Assembly (NCBI RefSeq): GCF_006345805.1
Contig: NC_042997.1
Coordinates: forward strand, 200,756,001-200,820,000
From: Octopus sinensis
Lineage: Eukaryota
Direction of reading: 5' to 3'
DNA: 64,000 nucleotides
The position numbers and the translations under genes were made by a program. Positions 12,540 through 23,372 of the stretch are shown here, one piece after another. Below the pieces are notes generated by a model. It was not told the DNA's origin. It did no database searches and saw only the letters and a program-made list of their open reading frames with translations. Position 1 is the stretch's first letter. Every line of letters begins with the position of its first letter.

Positions 12540-13660
12540 TCTTCTGAAGTATTTGGACATCTTCATATATCATTTCATCTTCAACTATTTATAAGTATTC
12601 CTGTGAATGATTTTGTCCATGTTTCATTTTATGGATCAATTCAATGTTCTCAGATTTAATCAACATACTTCTTAACGAGTTTTAGCACATATTTCTAACT
12701 GCATACTTTTTACATCATTGATGAATTCATGTACAATCTTAAATGGGTTCTCTAACTGTGTGCTGTCCTTTGTAGATAGCTTAAAATCATCCATACAGAG
12801 GAGATGATTTATAATTTCTCCATATCATTTATACTTAATGGTGGTTTCTGTCGGCAGATTTTTTTAATGGATTCAGAGACAAACAGAGGTATAGAGGAAA
12901 CAGTTTTAAATTATCATCTCATCATTTGTTTGCTCTGCATCAAAGTGGTTGTTTACCATTTTCTGTGCAAGTATTGGAGTTAAATTATTTATATGGCATT
13001 TCTCCAACGTTATTTGAAGGCATGGTGCACTGTCAAATGCTTTTTAGTAATCAATCCATACCAAGCTAATTTCTGTCTTCTCTTCTTCCTGTCTACTATA
13101 ATTGCCCAGTTCGACATTAGCTGCTCATTATAAGCAAACAACCCTTTCAGACACTCATTTTGTTTCTCTAGTAAGATTGCAATGTTTTCCAGATGAGAAA
13201 CCAACATGTTACATAATACGTATGCAAGAGCTTTCTATGTTGTTGACAAAGAAGATAAAAGTCTGCAGGTTTGCAAATGTCTGGTTTGTTTGTTTTGGCG
13301 AATCAATACTGTTTTCTTTCTTTTATATATTGATCCTGGTCTGTTTACTAATTCTTTCAACGCTGTTGCCATAGGTTCATGAATATTGCTTCAGTAATTC
13401 AACCCAAAATAAGGAACATATTCAATTCAAGGATTTTTTCCCCAGTTCCTTGCAGTCTTTACCATTTTGCTGAATTCCTCATTAGCTACACTGAGATATG
13501 CTTGCATTGTTAGTGCATTTTTAATATCCCTAATTTCCCCTTCAAATCTGTCATGTTTTTGTTTAGAATATTATTGAAGCATTTTTACACTGCACAATGA
13601 ATATCAACTCTGAGTGCTTTAACTGTGTCTTTTTATTATTATATTGAAAGGAACCCCAAA
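12540..13660 (-). mobile_element. Decayed R4/Dong-like RT remnant
   Basis: Minus strand HLLCMDDFKLSTKDSTQLENPFKIVHEF corresponds to HLLYMDDLKLYAANDKQLETLLKTVHGF of the 54 kb copy. Confidence 0.65.
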
Positions 13661-13709
13661 ATGTATTTGAAATAATTTAAGTATTCATTATCTGTCTCTG
13701 TCTCTATCA

Positions 13710-13806
<97 letters not shown>

Positions 13807-14425
13807 CCTGAAATTTAGATTATGTAACTGTCTACACACTGGGGTCGATCAATCGACTGGCCCCCTTCCCCCAAAATTTCGGGCCTTGTTCCTAGATTAG
13901 AAAAGAAATATATATTCTGAAATGAATGTTTATTGTTGAATCCATTTGCTACCAACTTGTATGAACTGCTCTTGATTCTTTGATACAAACTTTCTCTTTT
14001 AAAAATAAAAACATTCTGTCAATTGCATGTTAATTTATATTCTAAATATTAGATTAATGTCAAAATTATTTCACTAAATCTTTTCTTATTTATAAAATTA
14101 ATTAAAACAACGGCAGCGTAGAGTAAAGATTGTTTGCCAACATAACGTGGCAGTCCTGGTTTAGGACTAATGTCGCTGTAATTTAGCCAAATTACTCCAA
14201 AGTACTGTTGCTGAGTATCTCTCGTTGTGAGATTTACAAATAGTAATTTTCTAAAGGCAATGTATTTAAATTTTAAAAAATACAGTAACAAAATCGTTAA
14301 ATAGATCGTTCTGATAGTTTTAGTGGGAAAGCTGCGATCTTCTGCTACATTTAAAAAAGTCTTTCAATTTCAGCTTTGAGTTCGGTGATTCTTGGTCCAT
14401 ACTGACAGTTTTACTTATCTATGTC

Positions 14426-14604
14426 AGCTCTATATTTAAGAGAAGAGGAATCATTTCCATTATTTACATTATTTACATTTGACGGATATTTGTCCTTTTC
14501 TTGTTTGTTGTTAACACAACGTTTCGGCTGATATACCTTCCAGCCTTCATCAGGTGTCTTGGGGAAATTTCGAACCTGGGTTCTCCTTCCTCAGGTAATT
14601 TTCG
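14426..14604 (-). mobile_element. Tail of hammerhead-bearing short element, family 1
   Basis: Matches 21293-21445, 30280-30437, 31141-31290, 38461-38613 and 38846-38937. Confidence 0.85.
14513..14558 (-). ncRNA. Minimal type I hammerhead ribozyme motif with intact core
   Basis: Minus strand reads GACAC-CUGAUGA-A-GGCUG(10 nt)CAGCC-GAAAC-GUU-GUGUU; helix I GACAC/GUGUU, helix II GGCUG/CAGCC, palindromic ACGU helix III; activity untested. Confidence 0.75.
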
Positions 14605-14611
14605 CCTCATG

Positions 14612-14664
<53 letters not shown>

Positions 14665-14683
14665 CATTATTATGACCTGAATG

Positions 14684-14725
<42 letters not shown>

Positions 14726-14745
14726 TTAATAATAATATAATAATG

Positions 14746-14784
<39 letters not shown>

Positions 14785-14785
<1 letters not shown>

Positions 14786-15357
14786 GAGTTGGAACCTACA
14801 TACATTGGAAGCTATGCCAACATTATGGAATAACAACAGAAAAAAGATGGTATAGGCACACACCAGAAAAGGTCACAGAAAACGAGAAAGCAACCATACT
14901 CTGGGATATGCCGATACACACAGATAGAGAAATTAAGGCCAACAGCCAGATATAGTTGTCAGAGATCATGAAGAAAAAAAATGCTTTCTAATTGATGTAT
15001 CAATACCGGCAGATGACAACGTGTCTCTAAAAGAAATGGAGAAACTCTCAAAATACAAAGACCTGGAAATAGAGGTAACTAGAATGTGGAACCTGAAAAC
15101 AGAAACAATTCCTATCATAGTAGGTGCATTAGGCATGATAAAAAAATATTCAGACAAATACATAACAAAAACACCAGGACTTACAAACACATATAACATA
15201 CAGAAAATTGCACTACTAGGCACTGCACACATCCTACGCAGAACACTTTCCATACAATAACCATCAGAGCATCACAACAAATCACAGCACATACCCAAGG
15301 CACACAGAGCTGCGCTCGGTAGTGAAGTGAAAGCACGCTATAAAAATAAAACTACTG
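14785..15357 (+). mobile_element. 5'-truncated R4/Dong copy of the 52-kb family inserted in (AAT)n
   Basis: Near-identical to 55217-55777 including the 3' UTR; RLE motifs; AAT tracts on both sides. Confidence 0.92.
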
Positions 15358-15663
15358 AATAATAATAATAATAATATAAAATATGTAATGATAATGATAA
15401 TGATAATATAATAATAATAATAATAATATAACAATAATAATATAACAATAATAATAATAATAATATAATAATAATAATAATAATATAATAATAAGAGCGC
15501 CAGCCTTGACAGCGGCTGGACGTGTTCCTCAGTGCTCTGACAGTTCGGTGGCTGAAAGCCATAGAAACACTAATATGGGCCAGTTTAGCAACGGGGAAAA
15601 ATAACTCTCAAAGACTGGAACATCTACAATACCTCGTGAGTATTTGAAATTCTCTTCAAAGTG

Positions 15664-16578
15664 GGTTAAGAAAATTTACAAATTTACATATCTGCAGCTT
15701 TCAAACATACATCCGATCGGCCTTAAAAACTTTAATACCCACAACTGCCTCTGTAAGCACCCTTTTTTTTTTCTCTCTAAAAATATCACGCTTTTCTTTT
15801 TGTGGACTTGCAAAACCCTAAAACTTTCTATGAAAATCTGACTTTTCTTTGCTTCCTCCCAGAATATTCAAATGTAAATGTAAACATATACTCTTTATTG
15901 TAAAACACACCTGTTCCTCTAACTGGACATACAAACATCTCTAGAGGGGTCAACTTCAACCTCCACAATATTACCTTGCACGAAATATACAAACACTTTT
16001 TTTGCAATAACACAAACGCAATGGAAAAAATAATGATGCTAAGATTCTCTCTGGTCGAACACAGCTTCTCTATTCACAAATAATACAGAACAGCCCTTCA
16101 AAATAAGTTAAGAAAATTTACAAATTTACATATCTACAGTTTTCAATCATACATTCGACCAGCTTTAAAAACTTTGATACCCACAATTGCCTCTGTAAAC
16201 ATCCTTTTTTTTTCTTCTCTCTAAAAACATCACGCTTTTTTTTTTTTTTTTCTTTTTGTGGACTTACAAAACCCTAAAACTTTCTATGAAAATCTGACTT
16301 TTCTTTGCTTCCTCCCTGAATATTCAAATATAAATGTAAACATATACTTTTTATTGTAAAAACACACCTGTTCTTCTAACTGGACATACAACATCTCTAG
16401 AAAAGTCAACTTCAACCTCCACAATATTACCTTACAGGAAATATACAAACACTTTTTATTGCAATAACACAAACGCACGTGGAAAAAAAAAAAAAAAAAA
16501 AAAAAAAAATGATGATGCTACGATTCTCTCTGGTCGAACACAACTTCTCTATTCACAAACAATACAGAACCGCCCTTC
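15664..16578. repeat. Diverged tandem duplication of a ~440-470-bp unit
   Basis: Both units (~15664-16099 and ~16106-16578) start gttaagaaaatttacaaatttacatatc and end cagaac(a/c)gcccttc. Confidence 0.85.
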
Positions 16579-16895
16579 CTTAATTTTCTTAAGCCTAATA
16601 GTAGTAACATCTGAACTTTTTTGACCGATAGGACCGCACCTAAAGAAAAAAAAAAAAAAAAAAAAAAAGACAGTCAGCCAGCCAACCACCAAGCCAGCCA
16701 ACGAGACAGACAGACACTACTGTGATGGTGATAATGATATAAAAAAACAAAAATAACAATAATAAGATACTGCTGTGACTACACATAAAACAATATCATT
16801 GATGGTGATGGTGATGATGATAATGATGATGGTAATGATGATGATAATGAGAATGATGATAGTGATGGTAAGGGTGATGATAATAACAATAATAA

Positions 16896-19800
16896 GCCGA
16901 CTACGGCTGCTATAATGGTACGATTATAATTGTAACGGCAATGATGGCCGTCTCCCCACGAGCCAATCAAAGCTAAAAAATGATAACATTATCGTAGCAC
17001 CAAAATGTTTTTGGAAACTAAAAGGAAAACTAAATCAGTATACCAAATCGCTTGTCCTATGGTTAATCTGGAAGCGCGTCCCCCAGGGAAGAGCCAGCCT
17101 GGGATCGAAAAGTCATCAACTGGCACAAACTCTTCTCCGAATACGGACATGGATGGTCACTTGAACGGGAAATCCCCAACTCGAGCCCTCCAAGTTCACC
17201 ACCACAACCACCACAGAAAGAAAAATGTAAGCGGAACAAATGGACCCGAGAAGAGTATAAAGAAGTAATATACGCTTATTACTATGCATTAGGTAGGCCA
17301 TCTCAAGAGAGACACACCGCAAACTCTTACAGTATATGGAGAACACGGAATCAAGACAGTAGGCCCTATTTGGACGAGAACAAATTAGCAAATGTGAGGA
17401 GGGATATCTTTAGAAATAACAGACTCACAGACAGTGAAATAAGCGCGATCAAGCACGCAACGGAAAATGACATAAATATAAGACACAAAGGAAATGAAGA
17501 ATCAGATGAACAGTATAGCCGCCACGAGGCTTAATTGAAAGACTGCCATCTGACCAAAGTACGCAAAGGCCTGAAGATACAAGAAATTCTATTGTACCTG
17601 TTAAAGATAGCCAGAAAACGAAAAACACAACAGTAACTGAAGATCTCGCATTTGCTGAAGAACACAGAGAGTCTATAGCAGAAATGAGGCAGAAAATCCT
17701 GAATACGCTTGAAGTTGTAAGACATACAAGTATGAATGATAGAGAACCGCTTCATAAACTCTCAAATACAAACCAAAATAAAAAACAAATCCAAATTGGC
17801 AACTATGTAACAAATGAAATAATACGAGAATTAAAACCTGATTTTACTGAGATGTTAAATGAAATTATTTACGCTTCTGCTAGGGCAATTGAAACCAGCT
17901 GTATGCCCCCGAAAAAACAAAGAAAACAAAACCTGGGAAGAAATCAAACCTGGAGAAGTAAAATTGAAAAAGAGATTGAATTTATGAGAGGGGAAATATC
18001 AATATTAAATGAACTAATATGTGGAAATGATGTAAGATCCAGAACAGGAAGAAAGATGAAGAGAAAATTTGGATCCTCACCAAGAGAAGAACTGATATCA
18101 ATAAAAGAAACGCTGAAACAAAAAGTCCAAGGAAAAGCCCAAAGAATACGAAATTTGAGAAGAGAAACAAGTTTTACAAGCAAAATAAGCTGTTCACATC
18201 CAATGCCAAAAAATTCTACAGAGAAATAGGGAAGGAGAAAGTAACCGTTAAAGACCCCCCTCCCATGGAAGAAGTTCAAAACTTTTGGAAAAGGATTTGG
18301 AGTGACAAGAAGACGTACAACATAAATGCAGACTGGATTATACAAACTGAAGGATCCTACCAAAATTTACAACAACAAGCATGGGAAGACATCACAAAAG
18401 CAGACCTAAGAAAGGCACTCACGAAGGCCCATAATTGGAAATCCCCCGGTAAAGATAGGGTGCCGAATTTCTGGCTCGCATCGCTCCCGTGCGCACACGG
18501 TAAGCTAGTTCAGCTGCTCAATGGAATTATGAGAGACCCAAAGAAAACACCTGAATGGTTAGCAAGTGGCATTACTTACCTACTCCCAAAGAATAACGAA
18601 ACCAACCTTCCAAAAAACTATCGGCCTATAACCTGTCTATCCACCACGTATAAAATCCTAACATCTATCCTGGCTGAGAAAACATATGCATTCATGGAGA
18701 AGAACGATATTTTACCCATTGAACAAAAAGGGTGCCGCCGAGGCTCTTACGGATGCAAAGATCAACTGCTAATCAATCGTATGATCCTTGAGAACTGTCA
18801 CAACAAGCGCAGAAATCTCAGCACCGCATGGATTGACTATAAAAAGGCCTTCGACAGTATACCGCATCCATGGATCTTGAGATCGCTGGACATCTTCAAA
18901 ATTTCCCCTGTGATTTCAAACTTCCTGAAGCACAATATGTCGTTGTGGAATACGAATCTCCAATTATACCACTCTAATGGAGTACTTGCCTCAGAAAATA
19001 TAAACATCAACTGTGGAATTTTTCAAGGTGACTCACTTTCACCTTTAATATTCTGCATAGCCCTAATACCCCTTACAAGTGAATTAAACAGAACAGGGTA
19101 TGGGTATAAAATTGCCAATAAAAAAATAAGCCATCTATTTTATATGGATGACTTAAAACTTTATGGTAAAGACAATAATGAACTTGAAGGCCTATTGCGC
19201 ACCGTGAAATCATTCAGCGATGACATCGGGATGAAGTTTGGACTTGAGAAGTGTGCCAAGGCCACTTTCCAGAAAGGGAAAGTGAAGACCACAAATTCAG
19301 TCGTGTTAGATGTTGACACAGTCATAAGAGAGCTTGAGCAAGAACAAACATACAAATATTTAGGGATAAATGAAGGCTCTGGTATTCAGCATGCAAGCAT
19401 GAAAGAGAAAATCAGGAAGGAATGTTATAGGAGAGTTCGTGCAGTCCTGAAATCTGAACTAAATGCACGTAACAAGGTGTTAGCTATAAATTCCCTAGCA
19501 GTTCCAGTTGTTACTTATAGCTACAATGTGTTGAACTGGAATATGAGTGAAGTAAAGAATATAGATAGAAAAATACGCAAGCTGCTGAGTTGTAATAGGA
19601 TGCACCACCCAAAGGCAGACGTAGATCGCCTTTACCTTCACAGAGCCCAAGGAGGTCGAGGCCTGATCCAATTTGAACTAGCTTACAAAACAACCACAAT
19701 TGGACTGGCCAAATATCTTGAAATAACGAATGACTGGATGCTAAAGCTCGTGGAAAATCACGAGAGACGAAAGCAGCTTCATTCTATCATAAAAGAAACC

Positions 19801-20880
19801 AAAAACTTTGCTATTGATCTCGTGCAGAATACCCAAACTAAACAACCCGAGGGAAGTACGGCAACTATTGTTGCAAAGAAGGTGAAAATGATGGCAATGA
19901 AAAAAGCGCACGAGCAATTGGCTGATAGGTGGGAGGAGAAACCTCTGCACGGCAAATATGTGACCCGCAGCAAACAAGCTGATGTTGACCAGAAGCAAAC
20001 CCATCAGTGGCTGCGGAGCTCAGGGCTAAAAGCAGAGAGCGAAGGTTTCATCCTGGCTGCTCAAGGCCAAAGCCTATCAACCCGGAACTACCAGGCCAAT
20101 GTGATGAAAAATGGAGCAGACCCAAAATGCCGATTCTGCAACGACATGATTGAAACAGTGGACCACCTAATCTCTGGATGTAAAGTCTTAGCACCAGTGG
20201 AGTATAAATTAAGACATGACAGAGTTGGCCAATATCTCCACTGGCTAATAAGTCGGCATTACAATATCAAAACTGCCGACAAGTGGTATAATCACCACCC
20301 TGAGGCTGTAACTGAAGGAGAAAATGTAACCATTCTGTGGGACTTTCCAGTACATACAGACCGAACCATCAAGGCCAATAAACCAGATATTGTTGTGAAA
20401 GACCAAAACAATAAAGTTTGCTTATTGATCGACATGAGCATCCCCTGTGATCATAATATCTCAGCGAAAGAGTTTGACAAGCTCAGAAAATATAAAGACC
20501 TACTCATTGAAATTGAGAAAATGTGGCATCTGAAGGCGGTTACAATACCAGTGATCGTAGGAGCACTAGGAATGATCAAGAAGGGAACCGAAAATTATAT
20601 GAGAATGATCCCTGGCTTACCATCCCTGCAAGAAGTGCAAAAGATTGTCTTAACTGGTACATCACACGTATTGAGAAGAGCATTGTCGATGTGAGAACTG
20701 TTGCTGCTCATGCATTTTAATTTAACTTTAAAAAATAAAAAAAATAAAAAATAAAAAACATGAACGATGTACTGAGTTTGGTTTAATGGCCTACCAATAT
20801 ACACTATGAGTTTCTTTGCCCTAGGAGTCGGGAAGACACTCGGCAAGAAATGGAAGAAAATTTGAAAGAAGAAAAAAAAA
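16896..20880 (+). mobile_element. Near full-length R4/Dong-clade non-LTR retrotransposon
   Basis: N-terminal KRNKWTREEY Myb-like motif, frameshifted ORF pieces from 17005 to 18229, then an 809-aa RT-CCHC-RLE ORF and 3' UTR, followed by (AAT)n at 20882. Confidence 0.92.
18265..20694 (+). CDS. Reverse transcriptase + CCHC zinc knuckle + PD-(D/E)XK restriction-like endonuclease (C-terminal part of the element ORF; the true start is upstream)
   Basis: WKSPGKD, YRPITCL, EQKGCR, AWIDYKKAFDS, GIFQGDSLSP, YMDD, KYLG, CRFC..H..C, RHD, KPDIVV..LIDMSIP..K. Confidence 0.92.
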   Translation: MEEVQNFWKRIWSDKKTYNINADWIIQTEGSYQNLQQQAWEDITKADLRKALTKAHNWKSPGKDRVPNFWLASLPCAHGKLVQLLNGIMRDPKKTPEWLASGITYLLPKNNETNLPKNYRPITCLSTTYKILTSILAEKTYAFMEKNDILPIEQKGCRRGSYGCKDQLLINRMILENCHNKRRNLSTAWIDYKKAFDSIPHPWILRSLDIFKISPVISNFLKHNMSLWNTNLQLYHSNGVLASENININCGIFQGDSLSPLIFCIALIPLTSELNRTGYGYKIANKKISHLFYMDDLKLYGKDNNELEGLLRTVKSFSDDIGMKFGLEKCAKATFQKGKVKTTNSVVLDVDTVIRELEQEQTYKYLGINEGSGIQHASMKEKIRKECYRRVRAVLKSELNARNKVLAINSLAVPVVTYSYNVLNWNMSEVKNIDRKIRKLLSCNRMHHPKADVDRLYLHRAQGGRGLIQFELAYKTTTIGLAKYLEITNDWMLKLVENHERRKQLHSIIKETKNFAIDLVQNTQTKQPEGSTATIVAKKVKMMAMKKAHEQLADRWEEKPLHGKYVTRSKQADVDQKQTHQWLRSSGLKAESEGFILAAQGQSLSTRNYQANVMKNGADPKCRFCNDMIETVDHLISGCKVLAPVEYKLRHDRVGQYLHWLISRHYNIKTADKWYNHHPEAVTEGENVTILWDFPVHTDRTIKANKPDIVVKDQNNKVCLLIDMSIPCDHNISAKEFDKLRKYKDLLIEIEKMWHLKAVTIPVIVGALGMIKKGTENYMRMIPGLPSLQEVQKIVLTGTSHVLRRALSM

Positions 20881-20899
20881 GTAATAATAATAATAATAA

Positions 20900-21229
20900 G
20901 GCGACTACAGTACCAATGAGTGTAGGATCTCTAGGAATGATAAAACATGGTACTGAAACCTATTTGAAAACTATACCAGGCTTACCATCCCTACAGGAAG
21001 TGCAAAAGATCGTGTTAACTGGAACGACTCATGTACTGAGAAGAGCATTATCACTGTGAAAACAATATCCAATCATGAATTTATTATTTAATTATTTATT
21101 TATTTCAATAAATATTTTACCTGTGAATTTGCGTCCGCAATCTGGGAATGCATATAATGAGCTTCTCTGTCCTAGGTATACGGAAAACACTCGGCGAGAA
21201 ACGGAAGAAAATTTGAAGAAAGAAGGAAA
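20900..21229 (+). mobile_element. Short 5'-truncated copy of a related R4/Dong subfamily
   Basis: IPGLPSLQEVQKIVLTGTTHVLRRALSL parallels the preceding ORF end; similar 3' terminus; AAT/AAC tracts on both sides. Confidence 0.88.
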
Positions 21230-21254
21230 CAACAACAACAATAACAACAACAGC

Positions 21255-21289
<35 letters not shown>

Positions 21290-21292
21290 CAA

Positions 21293-21445
21293 CATCGAAA
21301 AATATCTTAGAAATGAGAACCCAGGTTCGAAATTTCCCTCAAGACACCTGATGAAGGCTGGAGAGTATATCAGCCAAAACGTTGTGTTAACAACAAACAA
21401 AATCAGGACAAATATCTGTCAAATGTAAATGATGTAAATAATGTA
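21293..21445 (+). mobile_element. Family-1 tail with a mutated hammerhead (21343-21388, G12 changed to A)
   Basis: gacac ctgatga a ggctg..cagcc aaaac gtt gtgtt. Confidence 0.85.
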
Positions 21446-21589
21446 TATGTCAGCTCTGTTCAGCCTTATAAGGCATTGGCCATGTAAGGGTTTTTCTTGC
21501 CACTATTTTAAGCATGACATTTTGAAGCCCTATTTTTAGCTTAGCTTTTAGTTTTTGTAACAAATTTTGATGCAGTTATTTCTTTTCTC

Positions 21590-21835
21590 TTGTCTGCAAC
21601 CTTGTTGGTGTCAGCGCCATGTAAAATGCACCAGGGCTGGTGTCACATAAGAAACACCCGGTACACTCTGTAAAGTACACTCTGTAAAGAGCATCCAACT
21701 GCAGAAATCATGACAGAACATAGAGCTGAAGCCTGGTATAACACTCTAGCTTGCCAGCTCCTGCCAAACCATCCAGCTCAGGCCAGTATGGAAGATAGAC
21801 GTTAAATAATGGTGATGATAATGATGATGATGAGT
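21590..21835 (+). mobile_element. Diverged 3' UTR fragment of the (GAT)n-tailed LINE
   Basis: gagcatccaactgcagaaa..ggaagatagacgttaaataatggtgatgat resembles 41340-41490. Confidence 0.6.
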
Positions 21836-22189
21836 TAGAAACAGAAAAACAGTTTTTGTTCATGCTTTTGTCTAGCTATTTGTGCTAGCTCTTTTTTTTT
21901 TCTTTTTGTAATAAACAGTTTTGTAGTTTTACTGCAGATATTTTTAATAAATTTTCTAGTCGATAGGTTTTCCATTCATGGTTAATTGTTCTGTGTCAAA
22001 TGTTTGGGTGGCGCATTCAATATACGGTTATTATGTTTGTTTTCCTATGTAATCACGCTTGTTTACGTAGTGTCCAGTTGAGAATATGAAAGCTGTAACT
22101 CATTTCGAGGACAATAGGAGTATTGACAGAATAGTGAGAGAATTAATTAGCATTAAACAAATAGGGCTTTTATAATTGGCACCGATGTG

Positions 22190-22320
22190 GTTGTGCAATT
22201 GAGAAGTTTGCATTTAGTCTCAGTGAGTGGCCTCTTGGGTAGGTGTCTTCTACTACAGCTGCAGGCTGAGCAAAGCCTTGTGACAAGATTTGATTGATGG
22301 AAACTGAAAGAAGCTTCTTG
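22190..22320 (+). mobile_element. Diverged SINE family B head
   Basis: gtggttgtgcaattgagaag..aaagccttgtgacaagatttg..gaaactgaaagaagc. Confidence 0.6.
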
Positions 22321-22344
22321 TATTTATCTGGCTCGCTTTCTGAT

Positions 22345-22630
22345 ATGACGAAGAGAGTTCCAGTTGATCTGATCAATGGGATGGCCTGCTCATGAAATTA
22401 GTATTCGAGTGGCTGAGTACTCCACAGACACGTATAGAGATTCAGCATGAGTCAGAATGTGGCAAGGCTGATCCGTTTGAATTACAGGTACAACTCATTT
22501 TTGACAGCGGAGTGTACTGGACCTATGTGAAATAAAGTGTCTTGCTCAAGGACACAACATACTGCCAGGAATTGAACTCATCACCTTGAAATTGTAAGCT
22601 GACTACTCTGACATCCAAACCACATACCTT
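22345..22630 (-). mobile_element. tRNA-derived SINE family C
   Basis: Central block gtgaaataaagtgtcttgctcaagg is the reverse complement of the central block in the 22700-23030 copy. Confidence 0.7.
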
Positions 22631-22699
22631 CGCTCCTTGTATTTACATACTCACACATGCTCACGCACGTACATGTATATGTTTGTATTAATGTTGTAT

Positions 22700-23030
22700 G
22701 CATGACTTAGTGGTTAGAGCGTTGAGCTTATGATCGTGAGGTTGTGAGTTCGAATACCTGACCGGGCTGCATGTTGTGTTCTTGAGTAAGACACTTTATT
22801 TCACGTTGCTCCAGTTAACTCTGCTGTAGAAATGAGTTACAGCGTCACGGGTACCAAGCTGTATCGGCCCCTTTTCCTTTCCCTTGGATAACACTGGTGG
22901 CATAGAGAGGGGACACCGGTATGCATGGGCGACGGCTGGTCTTCCATAAACAACCTTGCCCGGACATGTGTCTGAAGGGTAACTTTCTAGGTGCAATCCC
23001 ATGGTCAGTCATGACCGAAGGGGGTCTCAA
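22700..23030 (+). mobile_element. tRNA-derived SINE family C
   Basis: A-box tagtggttagagc, B-box gagttcgaat, conserved central domain cttgagtaagacactttatttcacgttgctccag. Confidence 0.8.
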
Positions 23031-23372
23031 TATATGTCGAAGCGTGTGTTTGTGTGGACCTTTCCTTGATATCAAATAATGCTTGTAATGAAGCATCACT
23101 GTCATACAATCGATGTTGTTCGCTTCTACTCTTCCATACATAACATGTTTTGCCATGGGGACGCATAATACCTTGCTTGAGGGTTGGTAGCAGGAAGGGC
23201 ATCCGGCTGTAGAAAATCTACCTCACTAAATTCTATCGGACTCAAACAAGAATGGAAAACTGGATATTTGACGATGATTACGTTGATAATTATGTATAGT
23301 TCTTATCAATCTTATCTTTCATTTGTGTGAATTGTACTCTGTTTATTCAATTAATTCCCAAGTATATAATAG

